Below, piece after piece: positions 47,364-56,513 of a stretch of DNA of 64,000 nucleotides. Below the pieces are notes generated by a model, which saw only the letters and a list, made by a program, of their open reading frames with translations, searched no databases and was not told the DNA's origin. The position numbers and the translations under genes are program-made. Position 1 is the stretch's first letter. Each line of letters opens with the position of its first letter. This DNA comes from Kiritimatiellia bacterium (GTDB lineage: Bacteria; Verrucomicrobiota; Kiritimatiellia; JAAZAB01), in assembly GCA_040767085.1 (NCBI GenBank), contig JAXGPF010000003.1:320001-384000 (forward strand), written 5' to 3'.

Positions 47364-49181
47364 TCAACGTACATTGAACATCGTCCCGGAAAACACATAT
47401 TCATACGCGCCCATGTCCACCAGGCCGGTCAGGCGGTCCAGCCGCAGGCGTCCGTCGAGATCGGCGGCATGGTCCATCCAGTTCCGATACAGGCCGGCGT
47501 TGACGCAGGGCGACCCGCGCAGCAGCCGGTAATTGGCGTCATATCCCGGCGGCAGGTCGGTGGAGGCGGCATTGAAAGCGGCGCTGATGGGCGCGGCGCA
47601 GCAATTGGTGAAAGTCGTGCTGCCGGTGACATACCAGTTAGAATTGACCATGCTGGCGGTATTATCGAACACAATCGTATTTTCAATCATGCCGCCGTTT
47701 TGACAATTTATTCCGCCGCCGATATAGCCGTCATTGCCGGCGATGGTGCAATTCTGAACCTGCGCGCGGGGACTATTGTAAACGAATAAACCGCCGCCCT
47801 GCCCATGCCCTCCGCTGGTGCCGTCGGCGACATTGCCGGCAATCAAACAATTCCGCAGAATGGTCGTGTTCGACCCTGAGGGCCAGGAGACATTGTACAA
47901 GTAAATCCCGCCGCCGCCATAGGACGCAGTATTGGTTGTTTGATTGTCGCGGATCACGCAATGGCTGACCGTTCCGCCATCCATGACCCACATGCCCCCG
48001 CCGCCGTAAGCCGTCCCAAATGCCATATTGCTGGAAATCGTCGAGTGCGTCACCAGCATATTGGTCCCGATTGCCGTGTAAATTCCGGCGCCATAACCGC
48101 CGCGGTTGCCGGTCACCAGGCAATTTGAGATTGTGCAATCCACCTGCGCATAAATCCCGCCGCCATGCGCTAAGGACGTGTTGCCCTGGATGGTACACCC
48201 CCGGATCAGATGGTTGGTGCCGCCGATGACGTAAATACCGCCGCCGATAGTGCTTGCAACATTAGCCGCCACAACACAGTGTTCCACGAGATTGTATTCT
48301 GATCTTAAAAAGATGCCGCCGCCAGTGTTGGCGTTGGTGTTACCGACCACGTGGCACCAACTGGCCGTGGCATTGCCTAACATTGTCATGCCGGCGCCGC
48401 GGGCGCTCGATGGCGCCCAATTGTTGCTGATCACGCAATTGGCAAGCTTCGCCAGCCCGCCCAGTGCCGCGCCGCCGGCGCCGTAATTGCCGTTGTTGTA
48501 AATTGTACCATTGCCGGCCACCAGGCAGTTGGTCACCAGGCAGTTGGTGGCGAAAACGCCGCCGCCGGAATAATAAGCGGTATTGCCAAGAATCGTGCTC
48601 CCGCGCAATACCGCGCTGCTGCCAATGATATATACTCCGCCGCCTTCGTTACCGGCTGTGTTGGATACAACCAGGCAGTCCGTCATCAACCCGCTGTTCA
48701 GATATACTCCGGCGCCGCGGTTGGCGCCGCCATTGGAAAAAATGCAGTTGGTGATCGTGCCGCCCGTCATGTATGCGCCGCCGCCATTGCCGGGATTAAA
48801 AACACCATTGGAAACCGTCAAATCCGACAGGACTGCGTTGGCATGGGTCAATTGGAAACAACGCGTTAATTCCAGGCCATCCACCGTAACCGCCGTGCGG
48901 TCGCCGGACACTCCCCGGACAATGCTGTTTTGAATAATCACATTGTTGGTCAAGGCATACACGCCGTTGGAAATCAGCACTGTATCCCCGGCATTATTGG
49001 CATTCGCCACGGCCACCGCTTCAATGATGTTGGTGGCCGCCGTTACCCAGTTGGTGAAGGGCGGTGCGCCGTCCGGATTCTCCGGGCGCACGTAATGCGT
49101 CACCTGCGCCGGCAAGGTCGACGCCAGCCCGGCCAGGGACAGCGCAACTCCCGCCAGCTTTCCGATAATCTTTTTGCTCAT
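47364..49181 (-). CDS. Secreted beta-helix GGG-repeat protein, third paralog
   Basis: Signal peptide; THYV...PPFTNWVTAATNI, GGG repeats, DLDGRLR...VDMGAYE; SD GGAGG before ATG 49181. Confidence 0.85.
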   Translation of the reverse strand: MSKKIIGKLAGVALSLAGLASTLPAQVTHYVRPENPDGAPPFTNWVTAATNIIEAVAVANANNAGDTVLISNGVYALTNNVIIQNSIVRGVSGDRTAVTVDGLELTRCFQLTHANAVLSDLTVSNGVFNPGNGGGAYMTGGTITNCIFSNGGANRGAGVYLNSGLMTDCLVVSNTAGNEGGGVYIIGSSAVLRGSTILGNTAYYSGGGVFATNCLVTNCLVAGNGTIYNNGNYGAGGAALGGLAKLANCVISNNWAPSSARGAGMTMLGNATASWCHVVGNTNANTGGGIFLRSEYNLVEHCVVAANVASTIGGGIYVIGGTNHLIRGCTIQGNTSLAHGGGIYAQVDCTISNCLVTGNRGGYGAGIYTAIGTNMLVTHSTISSNMAFGTAYGGGGMWVMDGGTVSHCVIRDNQTTNTASYGGGGIYLYNVSWPSGSNTTILRNCLIAGNVADGTSGGHGQGGGLFVYNSPRAQVQNCTIAGNDGYIGGGINCQNGGMIENTIVFDNTASMVNSNWYVTGSTTFTNCCAAPISAAFNAASTDLPPGYDANYRLLRGSPCVNAGLYRNWMDHAADLDGRLRLDRLTGLVDMGAYEYVFSGTMFNVR

Positions 49182-49369
49182 ACTGCCTCCAGGATTAAGC
49201 TTGAATTGCATATCGCCTGAAATCGCGCGGCACAGTACTATCGCACCTGTGAATTTTACCAGACACCTGAGGCCAGGCAAGCTTTAACGGTATCATTAAT
49301 TTGCAAGGCAGTATCGTCCTGGTATGCAAAGCCGGCGACTGAATGGCGATGGCTGGCGGCTGCCCCGTC

Positions 49370-50734
49370 TCAGAAATGCCGTTGCTGTCCGCCCCAGGCC
49401 TTGTAAATCCCGGCATAATCCGCCGCCATCCCCGGCGCCGGCAGCATGGTCCAACCGGCGTCCACGCCGGCCGGCGCGGCGTCGCGCCGGGCCATCATAG
49501 CTGCGCCCAGCAAGGCATCGTTGGCGCTCCGGATAACCGGACAGCCGCAGACATCGGCCAACATCTGCAGCCAGAAGCGATTGGCGCCGCCACCACCGGT
49601 AACTACCAGCGGCGTGCCTCGCAGAGGCATCCGCATGCCTTCTTCCATCATTTGCCGGGCGCTGAAACAGATGCCTTCCAACACCGCCCGCGCTCGCGCC
49701 GCCGGATCGGACGCGCCAATCCAGGCGCCGGATGCCCGGATACGGTCGGGATAAAAAAAAGCCGCCCCCGGCGCGGCGTTTTCCGCGCAGGCCATGAAAG
49801 CCGCCCGGGCGCCGGGCATGACCCGGTCAACCGCCCAGTCCAATGCGGCGCAACCTTCATCGCGCGCGGCCAGCTCATAATAGCCGCCCCCGGGATATGG
49901 TCCCCAGCATCCTTGCGCATGGAACGGCCCAGGCCGGGCCCCGGCATAACGATAAACCACCAACGCCGTGCCCAGTGTCAACACCGGCCTTCCCCTGCCG
50001 CCGGCGGCAAAGGCGCCGGCAGTCTGGTCATTGCCGGCAAAAACAATCTCAAGTTCCGGGGTAAATTCAATTTCCGCACATTTTGTCCCGGCGGGGATGG
50101 CAGTCCCTGCTTGTGCAAGCCGCCCCATTTGCGCGGTGGTCAACCCGCATATTTCCAGCGCCGCCGGCCGCCAATCGCGCAGCGCCAGCGAGTACATGCC
50201 CGTCATGGCGGCGAGATTGTCGTCCAGCGCCTCCAGTCCGGCCAGCCGGCGGGCCAGGAAGCCGGGCAAAGATATGACGGTTGCGGCATTCCGCCGCCAG
50301 TCCGGGCGATGATGTTTAATCCAAAGCAACTTTGCCAACTGCAATTGCGGCATCGGCGCCGGGAAACTGCAATGCCGGTGGAAGTCTCCGCCCAGGCGTT
50401 CCGCCAATTCGAGCGCTTCGGCGCCGGCGCGTTGATCCAGCCAGCTTAGGAACGGCATCACCGGCCGGCCGGCGCCATCCAGCAGCGTGAACGTCTGCGC
50501 CTGGCCGGTTAACGCAATGGTCTTGATTTGCGATGTTCTAACCGAAGCCGTGGCGCATGTGTTATGAACCAGAGCCACCGTATCCCGCCAGGTTTTTTCC
50601 GGATCGAGTTCTACGGCCCGGACGTTCCGGGCGGAATATTCAACCGGCAAGGCGCAATCCGCCAGCCGGCGCAAACCATGGTCGAAAAGCGCGGCCTTGT
50701 GATTGGTGGAGCCGCAATCAATGGCCAGGATCAT
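49370..50734 (-). CDS. FGGY-family carbohydrate kinase
   Basis: LAIDCGSTNHKA, SWLDQR, GNDQ, RAVLEG, TGGGG. Confidence 0.9.
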   Translation of the reverse strand: MILAIDCGSTNHKAALFDHGLRRLADCALPVEYSARNVRAVELDPEKTWRDTVALVHNTCATASVRTSQIKTIALTGQAQTFTLLDGAGRPVMPFLSWLDQRAGAEALELAERLGGDFHRHCSFPAPMPQLQLAKLLWIKHHRPDWRRNAATVISLPGFLARRLAGLEALDDNLAAMTGMYSLALRDWRPAALEICGLTTAQMGRLAQAGTAIPAGTKCAEIEFTPELEIVFAGNDQTAGAFAAGGRGRPVLTLGTALVVYRYAGARPGPFHAQGCWGPYPGGGYYELAARDEGCAALDWAVDRVMPGARAAFMACAENAAPGAAFFYPDRIRASGAWIGASDPAARARAVLEGICFSARQMMEEGMRMPLRGTPLVVTGGGGANRFWLQMLADVCGCPVIRSANDALLGAAMMARRDAAPAGVDAGWTMLPAPGMAADYAGIYKAWGGQQRHF

Positions 50735-52065
50735 GTCAGTTCCTGCATGAGTTGCAACGCGGCCTTGACCATCCGCGCGCCGGATTCGGGCTTGAACATC
50801 GCCCAGGCTGCCTCATATCCGCCGCTGGCATACGCCGCCTCGGCGGCAATGTAACCCTGCAATTCGCCACTGGCCAGGCTGATGACGAAGGCGCGGCAGG
50901 GCGCCCGCCGCTTGATTTCGAGGGCATATTCGACAAACATTTCGCCCGGCAATCCCACCAGGCAGACATCGCCGATTTTGATCGCCTGCACTTCGGCGGC
51001 GCTGTAGGCCTCCCTGGGAAGCTCCAGTTGGCCGGCTGCTTGCATCCTGGCCAGCGTCAAGGCATTGGCGGCGCCGAACGCTTCGCATTCGGCTGTCCGC
51101 GCCGCGCCGCGCGGCGCGTCCGCTGCCTTTAACCGGGCATAACGATCAACCGCGGATTTAAGCCGGGCTTCCGCATCCGCCACGGCGGGGAAAATGTTAG
51201 GCACAAGTTCGACTGACCGCGATGCGGCGGCCAGCCGCGGATTGGCGGAAAAATCCTTATCCGCCAGCTCCGCCAGCGACCGGCAGACAGTAGCGGCCAA
51301 TTTGCCGCCCAGACGTTCCGCTTCGGCGAATGTCTGCTCCGCCACATCGTAACGGGGACTGAGATTGCCCGCCGGCGCGGTATGATAGACGCAAACCAGC
51401 CCGGGATATTGCGCGCCAATTGCCCGGCGGGCAAAGCCGGGAAAATCCGCGGATACCAATTTTGAGTCTTCATGCAACACGGTCGGATGCATGCCATAAA
51501 TCATGTCGAGAGCCAGCAGCTCATGACCGCGCGGGCGCCGCACCGCCAGCAATCCGACTTCGGGATCAAACGGGCCCTCCGGATCGAGGCGGTTGCGCCC
51601 CGCGCCCACCGCCCGCGCCGCGGTCACGGCCAACTCGGCCGGCTGCGCGGCGGCATGCGCGGCTATGCCGGCCTCAATGATGCCTGTGTGAAACAGCTCC
51701 AGATATTCTGCGGCGGGCGGCGGCACCGCCGGATCATCGCGCCAGGCGAACACCTCGTTCGTCACCGGCCCGGAATGCGTGTGGGTGGCGCTAACCAGGA
51801 TATTGCCGGCGGGAATGCCGGTGGCTTTTTGAATGGCAGCCCGGCAGAATAAAACTGACGGACGGGCAATGAACAAAATATCCACTCCAATCAAAAGCAC
51901 CGGAGTCGCGCCGTCCGACAGGAACAACGCCGAAGCCGCCAGGGGATCATGCGTCCCCGCCGCAATCCGCGGCACGTTGGGATACCCGGACAGGAACAGG
52001 GGGCTGGCCGGGGTAATGTCCCGGATCGCCGCGCCGGCGTGAAACTGGCAAGGTTTATCCGTCAT
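50731..52065 (-). CDS. Neutral/alkaline ceramidase-like amidohydrolase
   Basis: DITP...LSGY, HDPL, ATHTHSGP, MHPT, SADFPG, PGEMFVE. Confidence 0.85.
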   Translation of the reverse strand: MTDKPCQFHAGAAIRDITPASPLFLSGYPNVPRIAAGTHDPLAASALFLSDGATPVLLIGVDILFIARPSVLFCRAAIQKATGIPAGNILVSATHTHSGPVTNEVFAWRDDPAVPPPAAEYLELFHTGIIEAGIAAHAAAQPAELAVTAARAVGAGRNRLDPEGPFDPEVGLLAVRRPRGHELLALDMIYGMHPTVLHEDSKLVSADFPGFARRAIGAQYPGLVCVYHTAPAGNLSPRYDVAEQTFAEAERLGGKLAATVCRSLAELADKDFSANPRLAAASRSVELVPNIFPAVADAEARLKSAVDRYARLKAADAPRGAARTAECEAFGAANALTLARMQAAGQLELPREAYSAAEVQAIKIGDVCLVGLPGEMFVEYALEIKRRAPCRAFVISLASGELQGYIAAEAAYASGGYEAAWAMFKPESGARMVKAALQLMQELT

Positions 52066-52095
52066 TGGCTGCTTTCTTCATGGTTCGGCCGGAAG

Positions 52096-52584
52096 CTAAA
52101 TCACCCCGTCCCGCCCGATGCGTTTGTCGTCAAATATGTTGTCATGCGGCATTGACGGCAGCGATACTTCCAACACCAGCGCCGGCCCGCCTACGGCGCG
52201 GAAGGTGTGCCTTACTCCCGGCTTCATTTTAAAAGTCGCGCCGGCGGGCATCCGGAATCGCTTGCGGCCGGCCTCCATCTCCACCTTGCCGCGGACAATG
52301 AAAAATGTTTCATCCTTCATCTTGTGGTAATGGCGCGGGCAACGCTGGTTCTGGAACATAAACAGAAACTTGCCGCAGTAGCGGTTGGCCAGGTCGTTGA
52401 TAATCCAATACTCAATTTCGCCGATCCGGTAAAAATCATGCAGCCCGAAATGCAAGGGCAGCGGCCGGCCGGCCGGCATGGCCAGGTTCCAGCCGGCGAT
52501 TATTTCCCGCGCCTGCGCCAAGGCCGCGCGGCGTTCCCGTCCCTGCAACTCCATGTCGGTTATCCAGTCAACAGTCCGTTTCAT
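52096..52584 (-). CDS. D-lyxose/D-mannose-family sugar isomerase (cupin)
   Basis: YCGKFL...QRCPRHYH..KDETF...H.F...EVS...DNIF. Confidence 0.85.
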   Translation of the reverse strand: MKRTVDWITDMELQGRERRAALAQAREIIAGWNLAMPAGRPLPLHFGLHDFYRIGEIEYWIINDLANRYCGKFLFMFQNQRCPRHYHKMKDETFFIVRGKVEMEAGRKRFRMPAGATFKMKPGVRHTFRAVGGPALVLEVSLPSMPHDNIFDDKRIGRDGVI

Positions 52585-52596
52585 GCGGCTGCCCCC

Positions 52597-53550
52597 TCAT
52601 TGGTTATAACGTCCCCAGCGTTCCCGGGCGTTTTTCACTTCCAGATAATTTTCCCAAGGCGTATCCGCGAACACTTCCGAACTGGTGACCAGCACCAGCC
52701 CGCCGCCGGCCTTGGCCGATTCGAGGCAATACCGTGCGCTCTCGCGGATCGCCGCGAGCGGGCCGCGGTGCACCAGGTCGCATTGCACATTGCCGAACAA
52801 CGCCACAAGGTGTCCATACCGCCGCTTGACTTCGGCAATGTCCATGCCGGCCATGGGATCGATCGGGTTCAATCCATGGATGCCGCTGGCGACAATCGGC
52901 TCCAGCACAGGCGTCAGGTTGCCGTCGCTGTGAAATACAATCCAGGCGCCGGTATTTTTCAGGCAATTTACATGTTCGTTCAAATAAGGTTGAATGAATT
53001 CCGCGAAATGCGCCGGCGACAGGAACGGCCCGGGATTAAAGGCGATGTCATTGGCCAGAATCAGCAATTCGCTGCCGGCGTCCACGCACCGCCGCCCCCA
53101 GGCATTCGCCCGTGCCAGCCGCCGGCGCGCTTCCGTATGCACGCCGTCCGGCTCGTCGCAAAGCCGGTAACAGAATTCCTCCAGCCGGTTTCCTTCCGGA
53201 ATGTTGTGAATTCCGCCGCCGACCCAGGAACCGATCATAAACCGGCCGTCCACCCGGCGTCTCAGGCGGGCGACCAGGTCGAGATGCGCTTCGCCCTCAA
53301 ACGGAGCATACACCATGATTAGGGAATAATCCAGCGTTTCGGCAACCTGGATCAGATCATCCGCCGCCTGCGCCAGCAGGCGTTCACGCGCGGCTGCCGA
53401 AGCCGCCTGTTCAAAGTCGGCATTGGTGACGACCGGCCGGCCGGTAATATAATGGGCATTGGACAACAACCCGCCATACCACGGTACCATATCGTCCGGC
53501 TGTTCCAGCTTTAACGCCTTGACCAGGCGGGTATAACCGGGATGGCTCAT
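52597..53550 (-). CDS. URO-D / MtaA-like protein
   Basis: ANDIAF..GPFLSP..F.EFI.PY, FHSDG, NPIDPMAGMD, LFGNV. Confidence 0.88.
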   Translation of the reverse strand: MSHPGYTRLVKALKLEQPDDMVPWYGGLLSNAHYITGRPVVTNADFEQAASAAARERLLAQAADDLIQVAETLDYSLIMVYAPFEGEAHLDLVARLRRRVDGRFMIGSWVGGGIHNIPEGNRLEEFCYRLCDEPDGVHTEARRRLARANAWGRRCVDAGSELLILANDIAFNPGPFLSPAHFAEFIQPYLNEHVNCLKNTGAWIVFHSDGNLTPVLEPIVASGIHGLNPIDPMAGMDIAEVKRRYGHLVALFGNVQCDLVHRGPLAAIRESARYCLESAKAGGGLVLVTSSEVFADTPWENYLEVKNARERWGRYNQ

Positions 53551-53557
53551 GCTTCTT

Positions 53558-55030
53558 TCAAGCCTGCTTGACAAAAATCATGGAAAAGGCGCGCGCCGCC
53601 AATTCCGCCCGTTCATCCACCGCCCGCGGCGCATGTTCGTAAATTGAAAGGCTCCGCCGCCAATATTCCCGGCGGATCGCCGGGCGATCGGGATTCGGCG
53701 AGGACAATCGGGCAAACATGCGGGCAAACCACAGCAAATCTGACCGGTATTCCTCGGGCGACGGGAATAGCGGCAAATCGCAGCCGCGCATGTCCGCCTG
53801 TTCCAGATGCTCCGCGATTTTCAGGTACGCGCGATGCGCTTCCCCGGGCGCCCACTTGCGCCGCGGATAATGCCCCCAGCCCGGCACAACTTCAAAGGCT
53901 TCCAACAATTCCCCAAGCCTTTCATGGGCGGCTCCGAATACCCGCCGGCAGAACTCGCGCGAGACCAGGTCGGGATCAAGGTCGGGATTAATGGCGGCCT
54001 GGGCCGCGGCATACATGCTCAAATGGCTTAATTTGGGGCTCATGGTATAACTCATGGCGCCGTGATACGGCGCCACCGCGCGCTCTTCCCGCCGGCGGCT
54101 GAAAATCCGCGGCAGGCGCCAATGCGGATACACCACCAACTCCCCTTCCGCCACCGCGTAATCCCAACTGTTGATCCGGCGGAGTTGGGCGATCTCCCGA
54201 ACGTATTCACGGGCATCGCCGCCGACCGTCGGATCGGCGTCGGGACTGAACCCAAGGTTGATCCCCACCATCGCGTTCGCCGGGAATTCCGGGAGCCAGG
54301 CAATGAAATCCGCCATCGCCCGCCGCGCGCGCTCCGGCGTGCCATTCCAGATCTGGCAGGCGGCTCCATCCGCCGGCGGCAGGTCCTTCGACAGCATTTG
54401 CCAGGTGCCATCCCAATCGGGCACAAACCGCATGTCCTCTCCCCAACCCGCAAACGGCGCGCCCCAGGTGCCAATTTCCATGACTGCATCCGGATTTTTG
54501 TCCAGGGTAATTTCCGACAGGCGCAGGGCCAATTCGATGAAGGTGCGGTGATCACAGCCATTGCGCCGGCAACCGCCCGGATCGCCCGGGAAAATCCCCA
54601 CCATGTCCGCCCCGCTCAGGATTTCCGCCCAATGCGTCCAGAGTTGTTCGATCAGGGCGCGGTCCGCTGGCAGATTGGGACAGGCAAAATACCATTCCTG
54701 CCCGATGCAATTGGGAGTCAAGCCGTATTTCACCTGGAGCCCTGCCTGATGCGCAAGATCAATCACCGCCGGCATCAGCCGGGTAAATTCCGGGTAAATC
54801 CCGTCGCGCGCCAAAGCGGACTTGTAGATGGTCGGCTCCAGCCAGAACTCGAAACAGGTAAAGCCAAAGGCCTTGATCATCGCGAACAGCCGCCGGAACT
54901 CATCCATATCCCAATGCTGGCCGCCCCGCGGATGGACCATGTTGACATTCCAGGCATTCAACAGGTGCGACGCGAAATTGATGTAATACGCCCGATGCCG
55001 GAATGCCGGCGGATTGCTTTCATTATCCAT
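53558..55030 (-). CDS. Conserved hypothetical protein (TIM-barrel-like), first gene of a sugar-catabolic operon
   Basis: Long ORF co-oriented and tightly spaced with the operon; IFPGDPGGC..NGC motif. Confidence 0.65.
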   Translation of the reverse strand: MDNESNPPAFRHRAYYINFASHLLNAWNVNMVHPRGGQHWDMDEFRRLFAMIKAFGFTCFEFWLEPTIYKSALARDGIYPEFTRLMPAVIDLAHQAGLQVKYGLTPNCIGQEWYFACPNLPADRALIEQLWTHWAEILSGADMVGIFPGDPGGCRRNGCDHRTFIELALRLSEITLDKNPDAVMEIGTWGAPFAGWGEDMRFVPDWDGTWQMLSKDLPPADGAACQIWNGTPERARRAMADFIAWLPEFPANAMVGINLGFSPDADPTVGGDAREYVREIAQLRRINSWDYAVAEGELVVYPHWRLPRIFSRRREERAVAPYHGAMSYTMSPKLSHLSMYAAAQAAINPDLDPDLVSREFCRRVFGAAHERLGELLEAFEVVPGWGHYPRRKWAPGEAHRAYLKIAEHLEQADMRGCDLPLFPSPEEYRSDLLWFARMFARLSSPNPDRPAIRREYWRRSLSIYEHAPRAVDERAELAARAFSMIFVKQA

Positions 55031-55042
55031 AATGCATGCTTT

Positions 55043-55189
55043 GGAATAGAGGGAATAGGGGGAATAGGGTCAGTCCGGGGAATAGGGTCAGTCCGAGTCC
55101 GGGGAATAGGGTCAGTCCGTGATTATTGGCATTTTTTATTTGACCGGGGAATAGGGTCAGTCCGTGATTATTGGCATTTTTTATTTGAT
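55043..55189 (+). repeat. Ladder of six progressively longer direct copies of the element's left end
   Basis: GGAATAG-headed units start at ~55043, 55051, 55059, 55077, 55101, 55146 (lengths ~8, 8, 18, 24, 45, full). Confidence 0.9.
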
Positions 55190-56233
55190 TGTCAAGAGAG
55201 TTGATGTTAAAAATTATTCATGCCAAGACAACCAAGAATCGAATACGCAGGGGCTCTGTATCACATTATGAGCCGTGGCGACCGCGGGGAGGCCATTTTC
55301 GATGATGACATCGATCGTCATCAGTTTCTCAAGACTCTGGGCGAAACATGTGGCCGGACAGGATGGATAGTGCATGCCTATGTATTGATGCAGAACCATT
55401 TTCATTTACTGCTGGAGACACCTGCTGCCAATTTGGTGGTGGGGATGAAATGGTGTTTGAGCACTTACACCCTGCGTTATAATGGTCGACATCAGCGGCG
55501 TGGGCATGTTTTTCAAGGCCGGTACAAGGCGGTGATGATCGACCCGGAAGAATTCGGATTCACTGCCCGTGTCAGCACGTATATTCATCTTAATCCGCTG
55601 CGGGCAGGGTTGGAGAACAGAGCCGGCAAGTATATTTGGGGCAGCTTGCCGGCGTATCTGGGACGCGCAATGCCTCCAGCATGGCTGGAACTGGAGCGTG
55701 TATACGGGAGTGTAGAGATTGACAGCCATAGCCGCTTGGCGGGGCGTGCATACGGCCGATACCTGGATCGTGTGTGGAGGATTGACACAAGGCACAAGGA
55801 TCAGGGAGATACATGGGAATGTTTACGCCGCGGCTGGTGTATTGGTGATGGCGCTTTTCGAGAACGTTTGTTAAAAGCCATTGGCAAAAAAGTTGCAAGA
55901 GCTCGGAGGGAAACATACGGCGGAGGAGCCAAGCGAGCGCATGATGATCGGAATGCTTCAATAATTATTCAAGCTGGATTATCCGCTCTCGGATTGAAGA
56001 GCAAAGAGCTTGTGATTTTACGCAAAAGAGACAAACGCAAGCAAGTGTTGGCCTGGTGGTTAAACCGGCATACAAGCGCAGAGAACGAATGGATCAGCCA
56101 ACAACTGCATATGGGACACAGAACTGCGGTATCGAAAGCGTCAAAAGCCGTTGCAGACGGCATTGATCCTGAGCTTAACAAATTGCGGCAGTTGTTGGAA
56201 AACACCAAGAATCACGGACTGACCCCTACTCCC
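55146..56233 (+). mobile_element. RAYT-like HUH/Y1 element bounded by ~35-bp imperfect inverted repeats
   Basis: Left GGGGAATAGGGTCAGTCCGTGATTATTGGCATTTT (55146-55180); right (reverse complement of 56199-56233) GGGAGTAGGGGTCAGTCCGTGATTCTTGGTGTTTT; interior visibly more AT-rich than flanks. Confidence 0.8.
55167..55195 (-). promoter_or_regulatory. Candidate outward-facing promoter in the element's left end
   Basis: Minus strand TTGACA-17 nt-AATAAT pointing at the 55030 operon. Confidence 0.4.
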
Positions 56234-56275
56234 TCTTCCGATGGTGGCCCTGTGTTTCATGGAACATGCCATTGA
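55220..56275 (+). CDS. REP-associated tyrosine transposase-like (Y1_Tnp, HUH) protein with C-terminal helical extension
   Basis: YHIMSRG, YVLMQNHFHLL (HUH), GHVFQGRYKA, YIHLNP (catalytic Tyr); ORF reads through the right IR. Confidence 0.92.
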   Translation: MPRQPRIEYAGALYHIMSRGDRGEAIFDDDIDRHQFLKTLGETCGRTGWIVHAYVLMQNHFHLLLETPAANLVVGMKWCLSTYTLRYNGRHQRRGHVFQGRYKAVMIDPEEFGFTARVSTYIHLNPLRAGLENRAGKYIWGSLPAYLGRAMPPAWLELERVYGSVEIDSHSRLAGRAYGRYLDRVWRIDTRHKDQGDTWECLRRGWCIGDGAFRERLLKAIGKKVARARRETYGGGAKRAHDDRNASIIIQAGLSALGLKSKELVILRKRDKRKQVLAWWLNRHTSAENEWISQQLHMGHRTAVSKASKAVADGIDPELNKLRQLLENTKNHGLTPTPSSDGGPVFHGTCH

Positions 56276-56513
56276 GTTCGGGGCGCTGGACGGCATGCCG
56301 GTGCATACGCTTTTTGCCATTGTCAGCCCGACTGTCACCGCGCATTTGAACCTTTTATCACGCCTGGCGTTTGCGCTCCGGCACCCGGGATTTTCCAAAA
56401 CCATCGCGCAGCAGGGTTCCCGGGATGAAATTCTCGAAAGCGCCCGCGAAATTGACCGGCTTTTGCTCAGCCGCGCCCCGGACAAGGCCGGGACGGGAGG
56501 CGACGCGCCATGA
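56234..56513 (+). pseudogene. 3' fragment of a PTS EIIA (PtsN/fructose-type) domain gene
   Basis: LCF...IEFGALDGMPVHTLF...SPT...HLNLLSRL; N-terminal part with the phospho-His is missing, cut at the IR. Confidence 0.8.

Noticed and set aside
52599-52610. Second copy of the GntR operator half (ATTGGTTATAAC)
   Set aside because: It lies in the last codons of a CDS, is not a full palindrome, and is probably chance.
55043-55189. Possible CRISPR or mini-array next to the transposase
   Set aside because: There are no unique spacers; the units are nested truncations of one end sequence.
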